DNA of 64,000 nucleotides from Lophium mytilinum (Eukaryota). Positions 22,874-34,286 of this stretch are shown here, piece by piece. Every line of letters starts with the position of its first letter. Position 1 is the first letter of the stretch. The stretch spans positions 2,589,195 through 2,653,194 of the forward strand of contig MU004182.1 of NCBI GenBank assembly GCA_010093605.1, written 5' to 3'. Position numbers and translations under genes: made by a program. The notes beneath the pieces were generated by a model. That model was not told the DNA's origin, made no database searches, and was given only the letters and a program-made list of their open reading frames with translations.

Positions 22874-25332
22874 ATGGGTCGACTCTACTGGCCATTAATA
22901 ATTCTCGGGAACCTCTTCCCAGTAAAGTTCGCTCGCGCTGATACGGATTATGCCCAATATGTTAACGTCTTGTGAGAGCAACTCACCTGAAGAGGAAGAG
23001 CTTCTGCTGACTATGTCTCAGTACTGGAACTACTGGCGGTGGGAACATGTTTCCCGGAGTCGTAGCTGGTAAGCCTACCTGAGATCTTGCGAGCGAACTT
23101 AAAACATATATAATCTAATCACATGGCCAGCTCCATTCGCAATGGTGAAGCTTGGACCGGACGTCTCGAGTGGCACGAAGGACGCTTATTCCGGATACCT
23201 TGCGGACGGCTCATTTACTGGTTTCAGTATGATGCATGAGTCTGGCACGGGCGGTGCGCCGAAGTACGGGGTCATTTCCCAAATGCCAGTTGTGGGAAAC
23301 GTAGATAACCCACTCGCCGACCTGTCCACTGGTAGAGCCGCTGCGGACGAGGGATTTGTGGGATACTACAAAGCCTCCCTAGCAAGTGGGGTGACCGTCG
23401 AGCTTGCCGCTACAGAGCATGCCGGGCTTTACGAGTACTCTTTTCCGGAAGGCAACTCTTCCATCGTTATCGATGTATCGCACGTGCTACCCTCGTACAG
23501 AGGATCCGGGTGGAGCCAAGGGTATTCGAACGGAAGCTTTGCTATATTCGAAGACCATTTCCAAGGCTCCGGAACATACAACAACGGCTGGAACTTAGGT
23601 AGGTGCTGAACGATCACTACATTTACGATGTTAATATCAAGTAGCACCTGACTGGACCATATATTTCTGTGGTACATTTGATACTGATCCCGTCTCTGCG
23701 AAGACGTTTACTGGCACTGGAACGACACTAGACTCATACGACAGCGAGTTTGGAGTCTGGACTTCTGGGAGCTACAGGCAAGGTGGTGTCTTCACCTTCA
23801 ATGAGACAAGCGTAAAGTCAAGAGTTGGGATATCATTCATATCTTACCGAAAGGCCTGCCAGAACGTTCACAATGAAATCTCGGGAGATACCTCACTGCA
23901 AACACTCGTTGACAGCGCCACGAGCAAATGGAACAGGGAGATACTCGGCAAGATCACGACATCGTCTACCAACACGACCGACCTAGAACTCCTGTACACG
24001 AATCTATACGGCATGAATCTGATCCCGTCAAACAGAACCGGAGAAAATCCCGACTGGGACTCCGATGAGCCCTACTACGATGACATTTTCACGTTCTGGG
24101 ACCTGTTTCGCTGCTCGACTGCCCTGACACATATAATACAGCCAGTAGCCTACGAGGAACAAATCCGGTCAATCATCGATGTATGGAGGCACGAAGGCTA
24201 CCTTCCCGATGCCCGATCTTCAAATTTCAACGGTCGCACGCAAGGCGGCTCAAATGCGGACAATGTTCTAGCCGACGCGTACGTCAAGGGAGTTCGAGGA
24301 TCGATAGACTGGCAAGACGGGTACTCCGCGATGGTAAAAGACGCCGAGGAGGTGCCTGAAAACAACGACGACCCAACTTCCCCTGACTCATCGGACAAAG
24401 AGGGCCGAGGAGCCCTGCCAGACTGGCTCAAATACGGCTACATCACGCCTACATACAACCGCGCTGTTTCTCGAGCAGTGGAGTATTCGGTCAACGACTT
24501 CGCCCTCTACCAAGTTGCCAAAGGCCTAGGTGAAAAAGCAGACGCCTCGAAGTATCTCAAACGATCCCGCAACTGGCGGAACCATTGGAACCCCAACGCC
24601 ACCAGCCAGGGTCACAGCGGCTTCGTAGTACCCCGTCTCGCAAGCGGTTCTTTCGTAGAGCAAGACCCGCTTAGCTGTGGCGGCTGCTACTGGGGCGACG
24701 CATACTACCAGGGCCTTCCATGGGAGTACTCGATGAACGCCCACCACGACGTGGACACGCTCATCAAGTACGTCGGCGGCAATGACAGCTTCGTTGACCG
24801 GCTCGACCTCATGTTCCAACCCGGCCTCGTCAATACTGGAGGTGGGACCATATTCAACGCAGCCAACGAGCCCAGCTTCACAACCCCGTACCTCTACAAC
24901 TTCGTCGGCCGGCAGGACCTAGCCGTCAATCGCTCTCGCACGGTAGCAAAAACGTACTACAACACCGGCCCGAGCGGCATCCCGGGAAACAGCGATGCAG
25001 GCGCGATGCAGACCTGGATCCTGTGGAATATGATCGGGCTGTACCCGCTCACAGGCCAAACCACATTCCTCATCGGCTCACCGTGGTTCTCAGATATGGA
25101 GATTGACCTAGGCACGGGTAGAACCCTCAATATCACCTCTAGTGGCGGTAACAGCGACGACGCGTACTACGTGCAGAGCCTCAAGGTGAACGGCAAACGC
25201 TGGGACAAGGCGTGGGTCACTTGGGACGACGTCTTCGCCGACGGCGGCTCGCTGGAGTTTGAATTAGGTGAGGATCCAGTGCTGTGGGCGACTGGACCTG
25301 CGCCGCCCAGCCCCGGCTCCGAATCGCAATAG
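22874..25332 (+). CDS. Secreted glycoside hydrolase family 92 alpha-1,2-mannosidase
   Basis: Signal-peptide-like start MGRLYWPLIILGNLF; GGGNMFPG, HESGTGGAPKYG, GRTQGGSNAD, ANEPSF and PGNSDAGAM motifs; 3 introns at the 5' end. Confidence 0.92.
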
Positions 25333-26562
25333 GGTGAGGCACCTTCTTCGGCGTATCCAACGCCTAGCGTGGAACTGCCGACGACTGCGGCGGTTAGCCC
25401 GGGAGAGGCGTTGAGGCTGATGGGGGGAGATGATACGAAACGAAGGCAGAGAGTGATTGCGATTGTGGTAGGGGTGGTTGGCATTTTGACTGGCGTGGTG
25501 CTTGCGGGCGTTCTTGCGTGTAGGGGCGTAGGACGGGGCTCTATATATGGAGGAGGGAAACGGGAGGAACGAGAGGAGGAAGCGTGCCCAGGCTGTGTGA
25601 AGCTTGAGGCAGGTTCGGGTCCTGATGGCGAGATGGGAGGGACACATTTGAGCAGCGAGACAGAAAGGACAGACTCCAATTATGAGGAGGCTGAGGCGGC
25701 GTCTTCCGACGAAAGGACGCCGCAGGGGGTGCCTTAGTTGAGGTAGTCTACAGGTTAATGCGAATTCCACATCCGCTCTAAAAGCGGTTTCCACACTTTA
25801 TACTGTGAAAATGCATACGCTCTGTATGGAACAAGGCGAAGACTTGGAATTTTGGTGGCTGCATGCGCCCAAAATGTGCCAACTTCACCATTTCATGTTC
25901 TAGTAAAGCACTAAGGGTCTAGAATAGTCTACGTGCTAGCTATCAACAGCCTGCCTTCCAAACCATCTTTCCCTCAACTCCAACGTGACATGTTCAGACG
26001 ACGTGACCCCGATGCCTTGGCGTTTCGAGGGCTGTCTCCCAAGAATGGTGGTGGTGGGGCACGCTCACCCAAGATGGCGCTCTGCCGGCCCCATATTGTC
26101 CCCTCATTGGCAGGTGCAGGCGCCTCTTCGCTGCTCGGTCTGTGCTGTGCAGCAATGCCGGGTGTGCTTGGACGCCGGGACGCGGGTGGCGCGCAGGGTG
26201 TCAATAGCGAGCTGCGTTTCTGGGGCCCTTTGTTCGTCACATGGATGATGGATACGGGCCTGGGAAGATGCAGCAGCTCAACAGCCGGCGTGGCGGTGAA
26301 CAGCCAAGGGCTTCGCGCTCCACGGTAGGCTAGCAATAGTGTGAGAGCCCACTCACAACGTGCTCAGGGTCTTGTTCTGGGCCTCGCTCCGCGTTCTTCA
26401 ACCTGGGTGTCGGGTGCGATGCTGGGCTGACCGGGTGCCGCAGCCATCCTTCATGCACCAAGCCATGCAGATAAAGCTCATGACCCTCGAGCTGTCTCTC
26501 CACACCTGTTGCTTCTCCACTCCCTCTTTCCCCGGCCTCTGCGTTCCCAGCTTCTGCACGCC

Positions 26563-29500
26563 ATGGCCTCCTCCGCTGTCCAGGTCGTGACGGCCGTCGT
26601 GACAAAGACGGTTGCTGCCTCTGCTACCCCGAGTGCCGCCGCAAAGGTCCCTCCACAAGGCGGCATCCTCGAGGGCGGCAATCCCTCTGTCTATGACTCC
26701 AAGAACCCTATCATCATCTTCATCATTCAGGTACATACAATAATAGACACTTCCCCAGCTACCCGGCCCCCGCTAATATGCCTCTCTCCAGGCTGGCATC
26801 ATTATCATATTCTGTCGTGCCCTCCACTACCCTCTCTCCAAGCTGCGCCAGCCTCGTGTCATTGCTGAAGTCATTGGCGGTATCTTACTCGGGCCTTCAG
26901 TATGCGGCCACATCCCTGGTTTCACCGATGCCATCTTCCCCAAGGCTGCCATGCCAAACCTCTCGCTCGTCGCAAACCTAGGACTTGTGCTGTTTCTGTT
27001 CCTCGTAGGACTAGAAGTGGATTTGCGCTTCCTGGTCAGCAATTGGCGCGTCGCGCTGAGCGTGGGTCTGGCGGGCATGGCACTGCCGTTCGGACTGGGA
27101 TGCGCCATTGCCTGGGGACTGTATAATCAGTTCAAGGACGAGCCAGGAACAAAGCCAATTGACTTTGGCGTCTTCATGCTGTTCATCGGTGTTGCTATGG
27201 CTATTACGGTATGCTTTCTTCCTTTTTTCACCACTCTGCCGCCTTGTCGCGGCATTACGGACGCTGGTCACTATTTGTCCCACAAGTGGCAAGTGGCGTG
27301 GTTGCATCTACTGACATATGCTGACAAGCGTCCTAGGCTTTCCCTGTGCTCTGCCGCATTCTTACAGAGCTGAAATTGCTCATGACCCCTGTTGGTATCA
27401 TCGTGCTCTCCGCCGGCGTTGGAAACGACGTGGTTGGTGAGTGGATCGGCGAAACACCAAACGCGGGGCCCCCAACGCTAACTTCTTCCTACTAGGTTGG
27501 ATCTTGCTCGCCCTCTGTGTTGCCCTCGTCAATGCAGGCACCGGTATTACAGCATTATGGGTTCTGCTAACTTGCGTTGGCTATGTGCTCTTCCTCGTAT
27601 TCGCCGTCCGTCCTGCCTTCATGTGGATCTTGATCAGAACTCGCAGCTTGCAGGATGGCCCTAGCCAGGGCATCATTGCACTCACTCTGCTCATTTGCCT
27701 AACCTCAGCATTCTTCACAGGCGTCATTGGAGTGCATCCCATCTTCGGTGCCTTTATGGCTGGCTTGATCTGTCCTCATGAAGGCGGCTTTGCTATCAAG
27801 GTGACGGAGAAGGTCGAGGACCTTATTTCTACCATGTTCCTGCCCCTCTACTTTGCTCTGTCTGGTCTCGGCACCAATCTTGGTCTTCTGGATAGCGGCA
27901 TTGTATGGGGCTATGTCATTGGCGTCTGTGCCGTTGCTTTCTTCGCCAAGTTCATTGGTGCTTCGCTTGCGGCACGTGCTAATGGTTTGGTCTGGAGAGA
28001 GAGCTTTACCATTGGCTCGTTAATGAGTTGCAAGGGCTTGGTTGAGTTGATCGTGCTGGTAAGTATACGTCTTCTACAATAAAGATGGCATGCTAACACG
28101 AATCAGAACATTGGACTCCAAGCCAAGATTTTAAGCACAAGGACTTTTACTATCTTTGTCGTCATGGCGCTTGTCACGACTTTTGCTACTACCCCCCTAA
28201 CTTCCGCTCTGTACCCCCCGTGGTATCAGAAGAAGCTTGAGGCTTGGAAGCGTGGCGAGATCGACTGGGACACCGGCAAGCCCCTTGGCGAGCACGACGA
28301 TACTGTGGACTTCACATTCGATAAGATTCAGTCCCAAAAGATTCATCGCATTCTTGTATATCTCCGATTGGATAGCATGCCGACCCTTCTCGCATTTGTC
28401 TCAATGTTGGGTGGCAACCCTCCCAAAGTATCCGAGAAGACACATCCACTATTAGAAGGCACTTCGAGCTACACCAAAGAAACGGACGACTCAGGGGTGG
28501 CCGATGACAGGCCAAAGAGGCCTATCGAAGCGCACGGTATACGACTACTGGAGCTGACGGATCGTTCTTCGTCCGTCATGAAAGTCTCCGAAATCGATTC
28601 ATACACCGTTCACGACCCAGTCGTCAACACCTTCCGAACTTTCGGGCGCCTGCATAATCTCGCTGTCAGTGGCGAGGTCTCTGTACTCCCCGAGTCTTCA
28701 TTTGCGGATGCTATCGTCACGCGTGCTTCCGAAGCGAACTCCGACTTTGTCCTTCTACCGTGGAGCGAGACCGGCACCATGAGCGAGCAGGGCGTCATTG
28801 ACGACCACTCCGTCACTAACAAGCTCGCAACTTCTTCCTACACCTCTTTCGTCCGCTCAGCTCTCGACAACGCCAGATGCACCACCGCCGTCTTCGTCAA
28901 CAAGAACTTCGGCGGCTCCGTCTCTCGCCGTGAGAAAAACAAGCTCCACCGCGCATTCAGCGCCCACAGCATCCGCAGCAACAAAGACAAAGACGTCGCA
29001 GCCCCCATCGCAGACCGCAGCCACCACATCTTCTTCCCCTTCTTCGGCGGGCCCGACGACAAAGCCGCGCTCCGTCTTGTCCTCCAGCTCGCCGAGAACC
29101 CCGACGTCACTGCCACGCTTGTTCATTTTGAAATCTCTAACGATTATTTCGTCGCAGGCGACGCTGACATCGCGCCTATTTCGCCGATTGCGACTACCAG
29201 CGCCACGAAAGACGCGACTGTTGTTACTTCACATGTTACCCGCGACCACGACGCCGCGTTTTTCGCCGCGTTGCGAGCGTCCCTCCCCGCCGAACTTGCG
29301 AGCCGCGTTGTCTTCGAGTCAGTGAAGAGCACGAAACCAATCGACGACGTGCTGGCGCGTGCGGGTGCTGAATGCGGCCACAGCCCACGCAACGCAGGCG
29401 ATTTGGTGGTGCTGGGGCGCAACATCGCCAGTGGTGGGGGTGGGCTGGTGCTGCAGCGGAAGCGGACGGAGGACAACGATACTGCCGCGGGCGCGCTGGG

Positions 29501-29579
29501 CGTGCTGGCGCAGAAGGTGTGGGAGGGGAAGATTGGCGCGAGTGTTATGGTTGTTAAGGCTGCTTTTGGGGGGGAGTAG
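26563..29579 (+). CDS. KHA1: K+/H+ antiporter (CPA2, Kha1-like)
   Basis: [42 protein letters not shown] and [14 protein letters not shown] motifs, with a long C-terminal hydrophilic tail. Confidence 0.9.
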
Positions 29580-29712
29580 GATGGGTTTTGGCGATATGGG
29601 AGTTTGGGATGATATATGATAACGGCTTTTGGGTACATATGGAGTGAATGACTCTTTGGATGTAAGAGGATTTGCATGTTGGAGGCTTGTCCACAATCTT
29701 GTCTGAGGCTTA

Positions 29713-30712
29713 GGTATCGAGAGTGCTCCTGACGTCGCTAAGGGCTGGGAAATTATGACGGAAAACACGGTGCAAATCTGAAGCGTACGGACTTTGACAT
29801 CCTATCTTAGCTTTTTCACAAGCATCGAGAGCGCTCCTGACGTTGGCAAGTACCTAGGAACTTATAACGGAAAACAATGTGTGTACAGTCCTAGGCCACA
29901 AGTCTGGGCACACTCGGCTCTAACTCGCCCACTCAACACTACTGTCGGGGGTGGTCTGGCTGCTGAGCAGGCAGTGAGTTAAGAGGCAGTCTAAGCTGCA
30001 CTGTTTGAAGCCTGACATCGCCCTTAAGCCCTTGAAACCCTGTGGGGGTACCCTAAGTAGTGGTATACTAGTGTGCCTAGACTCGTGGCCTCTTACTATA
30101 ATATAATGATATAGATCTTAACATTCCTTGTTAGCTATTTATAAGTATTAAGAGCACTTCTAACATTAGTAAGTGCCTAGAAGATATAACTAGAAATACT
30201 ATGTATAACATAAAGGGCATAGACCTTAACATCCTATATTAGCTTTTTACAAGTATCGAGAGTACTGCTAACGTCGCTAAGTGCCTAGAAAACATAATAG
30301 AGAGCAATGTGCAAATTTAAAGCGTACGGATTTTAACATCGAATTCTAACTTTTCACAGGTATAGAGAGCACTCCTAACGTTGCTAAGTACCAGGAAAAC
30401 AGGACGGAAACCATTATGTATGATATAAGAGGTATAGATCTTAACATCCCATGTTAGTTTTTTATAAGCACCGAGAGCACTCCTAACGCTAACAAGTCCC
30501 AGGAGAACATACTGGAAAACACTGTGTGTGAATATAAAGGATAAAGATCTTGACATCCCTTATTAGCCTTTCACAAGTATCGAGAGCACTCCTGACGTCG
30601 GCAAGTACCCTGAAACCCTGACGGAAAGCATCGTGTGGGATATGGAGGGTACAGATCCTAGCATCTAATGTCGACCTTCTACAAGCTTATGGGGCACTCC
30701 TAACGGCGGCAG
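29713..30712. repeat. Degenerate ~108-bp tandem array (8 units), RIP-like decay, interrupted by a MITE
   Basis: The GAGAG(C/T)(A/G)CTCCT(G/A)ACG anchor recurs at 29719, 29827, 30150, 30258, 30365, 30473, 30582 and 30690. Confidence 0.9.
29886..30098. mobile_element. Tc1/mariner-type MITE (213 bp) with TA target-site duplication
   Basis: Imperfect 29-bp TIRs: cagtcctaggccacaagtctgggcacact versus the reverse complement of agtgtgcctagactcgtggcctcttacta. TA flanks both sides. Removing 215 bp restores the 108-bp period exactly (323-215). Confidence 0.85.
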
Positions 30713-31160
30713 CAGCGTGGGAATTGCACGTTTTAGTAGCAGTATCCAGTCTATAGAGTATTGTAAGAACATCTCCTAATACTCAAGCATTAATCTAGCA
30801 AAAACGTGGATGATATAGCACACTTCCGCACTAAATATAACCTAAACCCCGTTACAAATATACTAAATCCAACCCATATCCTGTTCTAATCATAAATCCT
30901 GAAACATGTGTTCTCGTGCCTGATCTTGCCCATTATGCGACCAATGACCTCCTCGGTGTGAGGGTCAGAGCTCTACTGGGAGCCATTCCGTCGTGCGGGC
31001 TGGAGCACGTGCTGTTGCTGTTGCTTCTGCTGTAGTTGCACATAAATGTAGAAAGAAATGACCCGTAGAAACCAATAAATGATCCCTCAAGCGTCGTGAC
31101 TCCCGTAGCTTTTGGTAGATGAAGTAGATAAAGCGCGCACACCTCTTGAAAAACCTGCCT

Positions 31161-32819
31161 CTACTTCTTGTAGAAAGCGAGGTAGGTGTGGCCCATGTCG
31201 TGGCTGTTGACATCCTCAAAAGCCGCTTCTGTCACCTCTGCGTCGTTGCAAAGGTACCATTGACCAGCAGGAGTCTTGACATAAGCGACGAAGTGGCCCT
31301 TATTCATCGTGAAGCCGTCGTGCTTGACCACAGCGACGAGCTCGCGGCGGGACGAAGCGTCGTCCTTGATGAAAGTGTAGTGGGAAGGAAGCTCCACTTC
31401 GTACGCGAGCTTGTACGCTCCGCCGTACTTGTTGAGGCGAGAGCGTGGGAACTGGACGATGGTTGTCTTTGCGAGACTTTGGATGCCCGCCCAGCCCAGC
31501 GTGATGCCGTGCTTTCCGCACTCTTCGCAGCGGAAGTCGTCGACGCAATCGGTGGTCGAAAGCTTCTTTTCCATCATTTCGCCCAACGAGGTGTGCTCCG
31601 TTGGGGCTTTCTTGTTGCGAGAGTTCGTGTCCGCGGTGAAGTCGGTTTCGAGCTCTAGGATCCAGCTCTTGGTGGAAGCAGCCAGGCTAACGTGGCCGCA
31701 GTTGTTGCAGGTCTTCCTGCCCGCGCTCTCGGTCTTGAAGTTGCTGTCAAGGAACGCGTTGTCCTTGAATTTGAGCTCTCCGTCGACCTCATCGCCGGAC
31801 AGTTGGTCGAGGAGTTTGCCGAGGAAGAGCGCGGCGTCTTCCTGGGTGCTGCCGTTGTAGACTTCGTCGGATTTGCCGAAGACTCGTTGGAAGACGAGGG
31901 GATTGACTGCTTCTTCCGACGAAGCCTGCATCTTTTTGATGAGGCGAAGGCACTCGGCCTTGATCGAGACTTCGTGCTTCTTCTTGTTTTTGACGGCCTT
32001 GAAGATCGCCGCTTTTTTCATCCCGCTGAGGCCTTGGAGTGGCCTCGGGGTCCGGCTCATGTTCCTCTTGAGGTCGCGAGCGTCGATGCAGCGGGATACG
32101 CCTTGCAGCACTGCGTTTGCGTAGCAGGACTGATGCGTAGGGTTATACAGCCCTGTGGGTGCAGCTGCTTCCTCGGAGGAATGAGAAGAGCTACTGAGGG
32201 TGCCGTAGCCACTGTCGCACTGGGTGCCCTGGCCCAACGGTTTCTTGTTGGAGTTGACGAGAAGTTGGTGGGCAATTTTGTCCACCTGGAGGGACTCCCG
32301 GTGTTGCTTGGGAGCCGTTATGTCGAGTCTAGCCACAGAAGCGGGCTTCTGCACCTTTTTGCGGGTGACGCCGTCATTAGAAGAGGTTTTCTTTACGAAA
32401 GGGACCTTGCTTCGTTTGATTGGGCGTGCCATATCATCATGCTCGGTGTCTGTAGTAGCACTGAGGCTACGCTTCTTGGTTGAAGTATGTTCAACCCGTC
32501 CCATAGTCTCGTCTGAAGAGGCGGAGGCCTGGGAAGAAGGAGAAGAAGCAGGGATGGCGACCGTCTGTGGAAGAGGGTTAGTAAGTTTATTAGAGCAGAA
32601 GATGCAACTAGCGTCATAGACGTGATGAGTACTTACAGAATGAGTCGACACGGGGCTAGTCGTATTGGCACATTGTTTGGCAGCTCGTGCAGCCCTTAAA
32701 CGCTCGAGGGCTATTTGTTGAGCTTTCTTCCCCTTGGCCTTCTTATCAACCTCCTTTTGGTAGTGCTCCTCACGAGCGACGGCCCAAGTGTATAGGGGGG
32801 ACATGCTGCTGGAGGACAT
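31161..32819 (-). CDS. Ubiquitin-specific protease (peptidase C19) with low-complexity N-terminus, intronless
   Basis: Cys box GLYNPTHQSCYANAVLQ, QEDAALFL, two CxxC pairs, His box HDG...GHFVAYVK...WYLCND. Confidence 0.85.
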   Translation of the reverse strand: MSSSSMSPLYTWAVAREEHYQKEVDKKAKGKKAQQIALERLRAARAAKQCANTTSPVSTHSVSTHHVYDASCIFCSNKLTNPLPQTVAIPASSPSSQASASSDETMGRVEHTSTKKRSLSATTDTEHDDMARPIKRSKVPFVKKTSSNDGVTRKKVQKPASVARLDITAPKQHRESLQVDKIAHQLLVNSNKKPLGQGTQCDSGYGTLSSSSHSSEEAAAPTGLYNPTHQSCYANAVLQGVSRCIDARDLKRNMSRTPRPLQGLSGMKKAAIFKAVKNKKKHEVSIKAECLRLIKKMQASSEEAVNPLVFQRVFGKSDEVYNGSTQEDAALFLGKLLDQLSGDEVDGELKFKDNAFLDSNFKTESAGRKTCNNCGHVSLAASTKSWILELETDFTADTNSRNKKAPTEHTSLGEMMEKKLSTTDCVDDFRCEECGKHGITLGWAGIQSLAKTTIVQFPRSRLNKYGGAYKLAYEVELPSHYTFIKDDASSRRELVAVVKHDGFTMNKGHFVAYVKTPAGQWYLCNDAEVTEAAFEDVNSHDMGHTYLAFYKK

Positions 32820-33049
32820 GCTGAGGGGAGAGACGGTGTGGTTGGAAGCTAGTGGTCGGGTGTTTGTGTATTCACTTGCAGGCTAGCAGTAGCAAGGAAG
32901 GAGAAGGGTGGCTTGTGAACAGGGAGGTAAAAGTGTAGTAAAGGAGGTGTTGTAGTCTGAAAGCTGTGAGTGGTAAAGAGTCTTTGTAACGTTCAGACTG
33001 TTAGCTGCTGCTGTTGAAGGAGTAAGTGGGAGTGGCTCAGAATTTATAC

Positions 33050-33159
33050 TGGGTGCGCTCTGATGTGTTGCGCTCTGATGTGTTGCGCTCTGATGTGTTG
33101 CGCTCTGATTTCTGCTTCCAATGGTTCAGGTCACATGACCCCGCATCAGAGCGCACCCA
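33050..33159. repeat. 15-bp tandem repeat (GCGCTCTGATGTGTT x~3.7) closed by a 16-bp perfect inverted repeat
   Basis: tgggtgcgctctgatg (33050-33065) is the reverse complement of catcagagcgcaccca (33144-33159). Confidence 0.9.
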
Positions 33160-34286
33160 CAGTGGACACAGAACAGTATTCGAGCGACCCACACCCCTCA
33201 TGGCTACGAATGGTATCACCCGATACAGAGAGATACACAGTGCTAACCTGCCGTAAGGCTATCGGCTTCCAGCAACGCCTTAAGTGGGCAAGCGGCTTTG
33301 GGTCGCGCCTGTCATCGATTGGGTCCATCATGTACGTTACAGCAGTCGCAGGTACCGTTTTGCGTACAGAACCCACAATACATGACAGCAACTAAGGCTG
33401 TTCGCAGTCATAGTTACACTCGATCTGAAAGACTTGAGCGTAAAGACCATGGTTTTAGAAACAGAAAAGGGGTAGAAATGCAGTGTGTGGACACGAATGC
33501 CTCTTTGCCGGGCTTTAGTTGTCCCGGATAGTATCTTAGTATAATGAACAAGAGTGCATGGGATATGATAACGCGAAAAAATGTATCGGTCGCCAGCCAA
33601 GATTACAGCGTGGTATTTCTTATTTCTTTTGGAAACTGGAAGACGTGGGCACAGGAAATGAAGCCTTTTTCCGTCATGACGCTTGCCAAAGTGATCACAA
33701 CTGCTGCAGCATGTGGTCACTTTCTCAAGGGCATTTCAGAGCGTCAAGAACTGGCCATATATTCAACTCTACTTGCCATTTACTAAGGAGCTCGAGGCTA
33801 CCCGAACATCTGTATCGAGGGCGAGTTATCTTGCCCCAATGTCGCTGTTATAAGAGAAGCAATGGAGAATTGCTAGCAATAGGAGTACTTATTATAGTAT
33901 TCGAGCCTAATGCTACAAAGCACCATGATTTTGTTCCAATTTTGCGGGACACATGAAGTGCCAGGCTGGCTTCTCCGCCACGAAAACCGCCCCCCGCGAT
34001 CTGCTTGTTCTTCTGGTTTCGAGGGCTCTCCCAAAGTCTCTCGTGAGTTAGATATAATTCAACTGCAGTCTGGTTTGCTCTGAGAAAAGGCATGTAACAC
34101 CATGAAGGACGTCATGACGTTGAAACAGGAAGCAAACTAGTGGCTGAAAGGCGCACGGCCACAAGCGCCAGCAGTAAGCTCGCGACTCAACACCATAACC
34201 GGTCTACATACAACAAGTCACCGCCAAATCCAATGTGAAGTAACAATCTCCAACGAGCAGATCCTTCGCTCGGCCACCAAGTCACC

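Noticed and set aside
25268..25332. Intron removing the GH92 stop (GTGAGG...AATAG)
   Set aside because: The 65-nt removal shifts frame into an immediate TGA, and no branch-point consensus is present.
29713..30712. CRISPR-like array
   Set aside because: Eukaryotic context, and the whole 108-bp unit is repeated with no unique spacers.
31692..32483. Long antisense ORFs (also 55681-56403, 58709-59596, 46928-47617)
   Set aside because: They are shadows of GC3-rich coding genes on the opposite strand and show no domain features.
33337..33956. Overlapping short ORFs as a gene or pseudogene
   Set aside because: No recognisable motif or consistent splice model.
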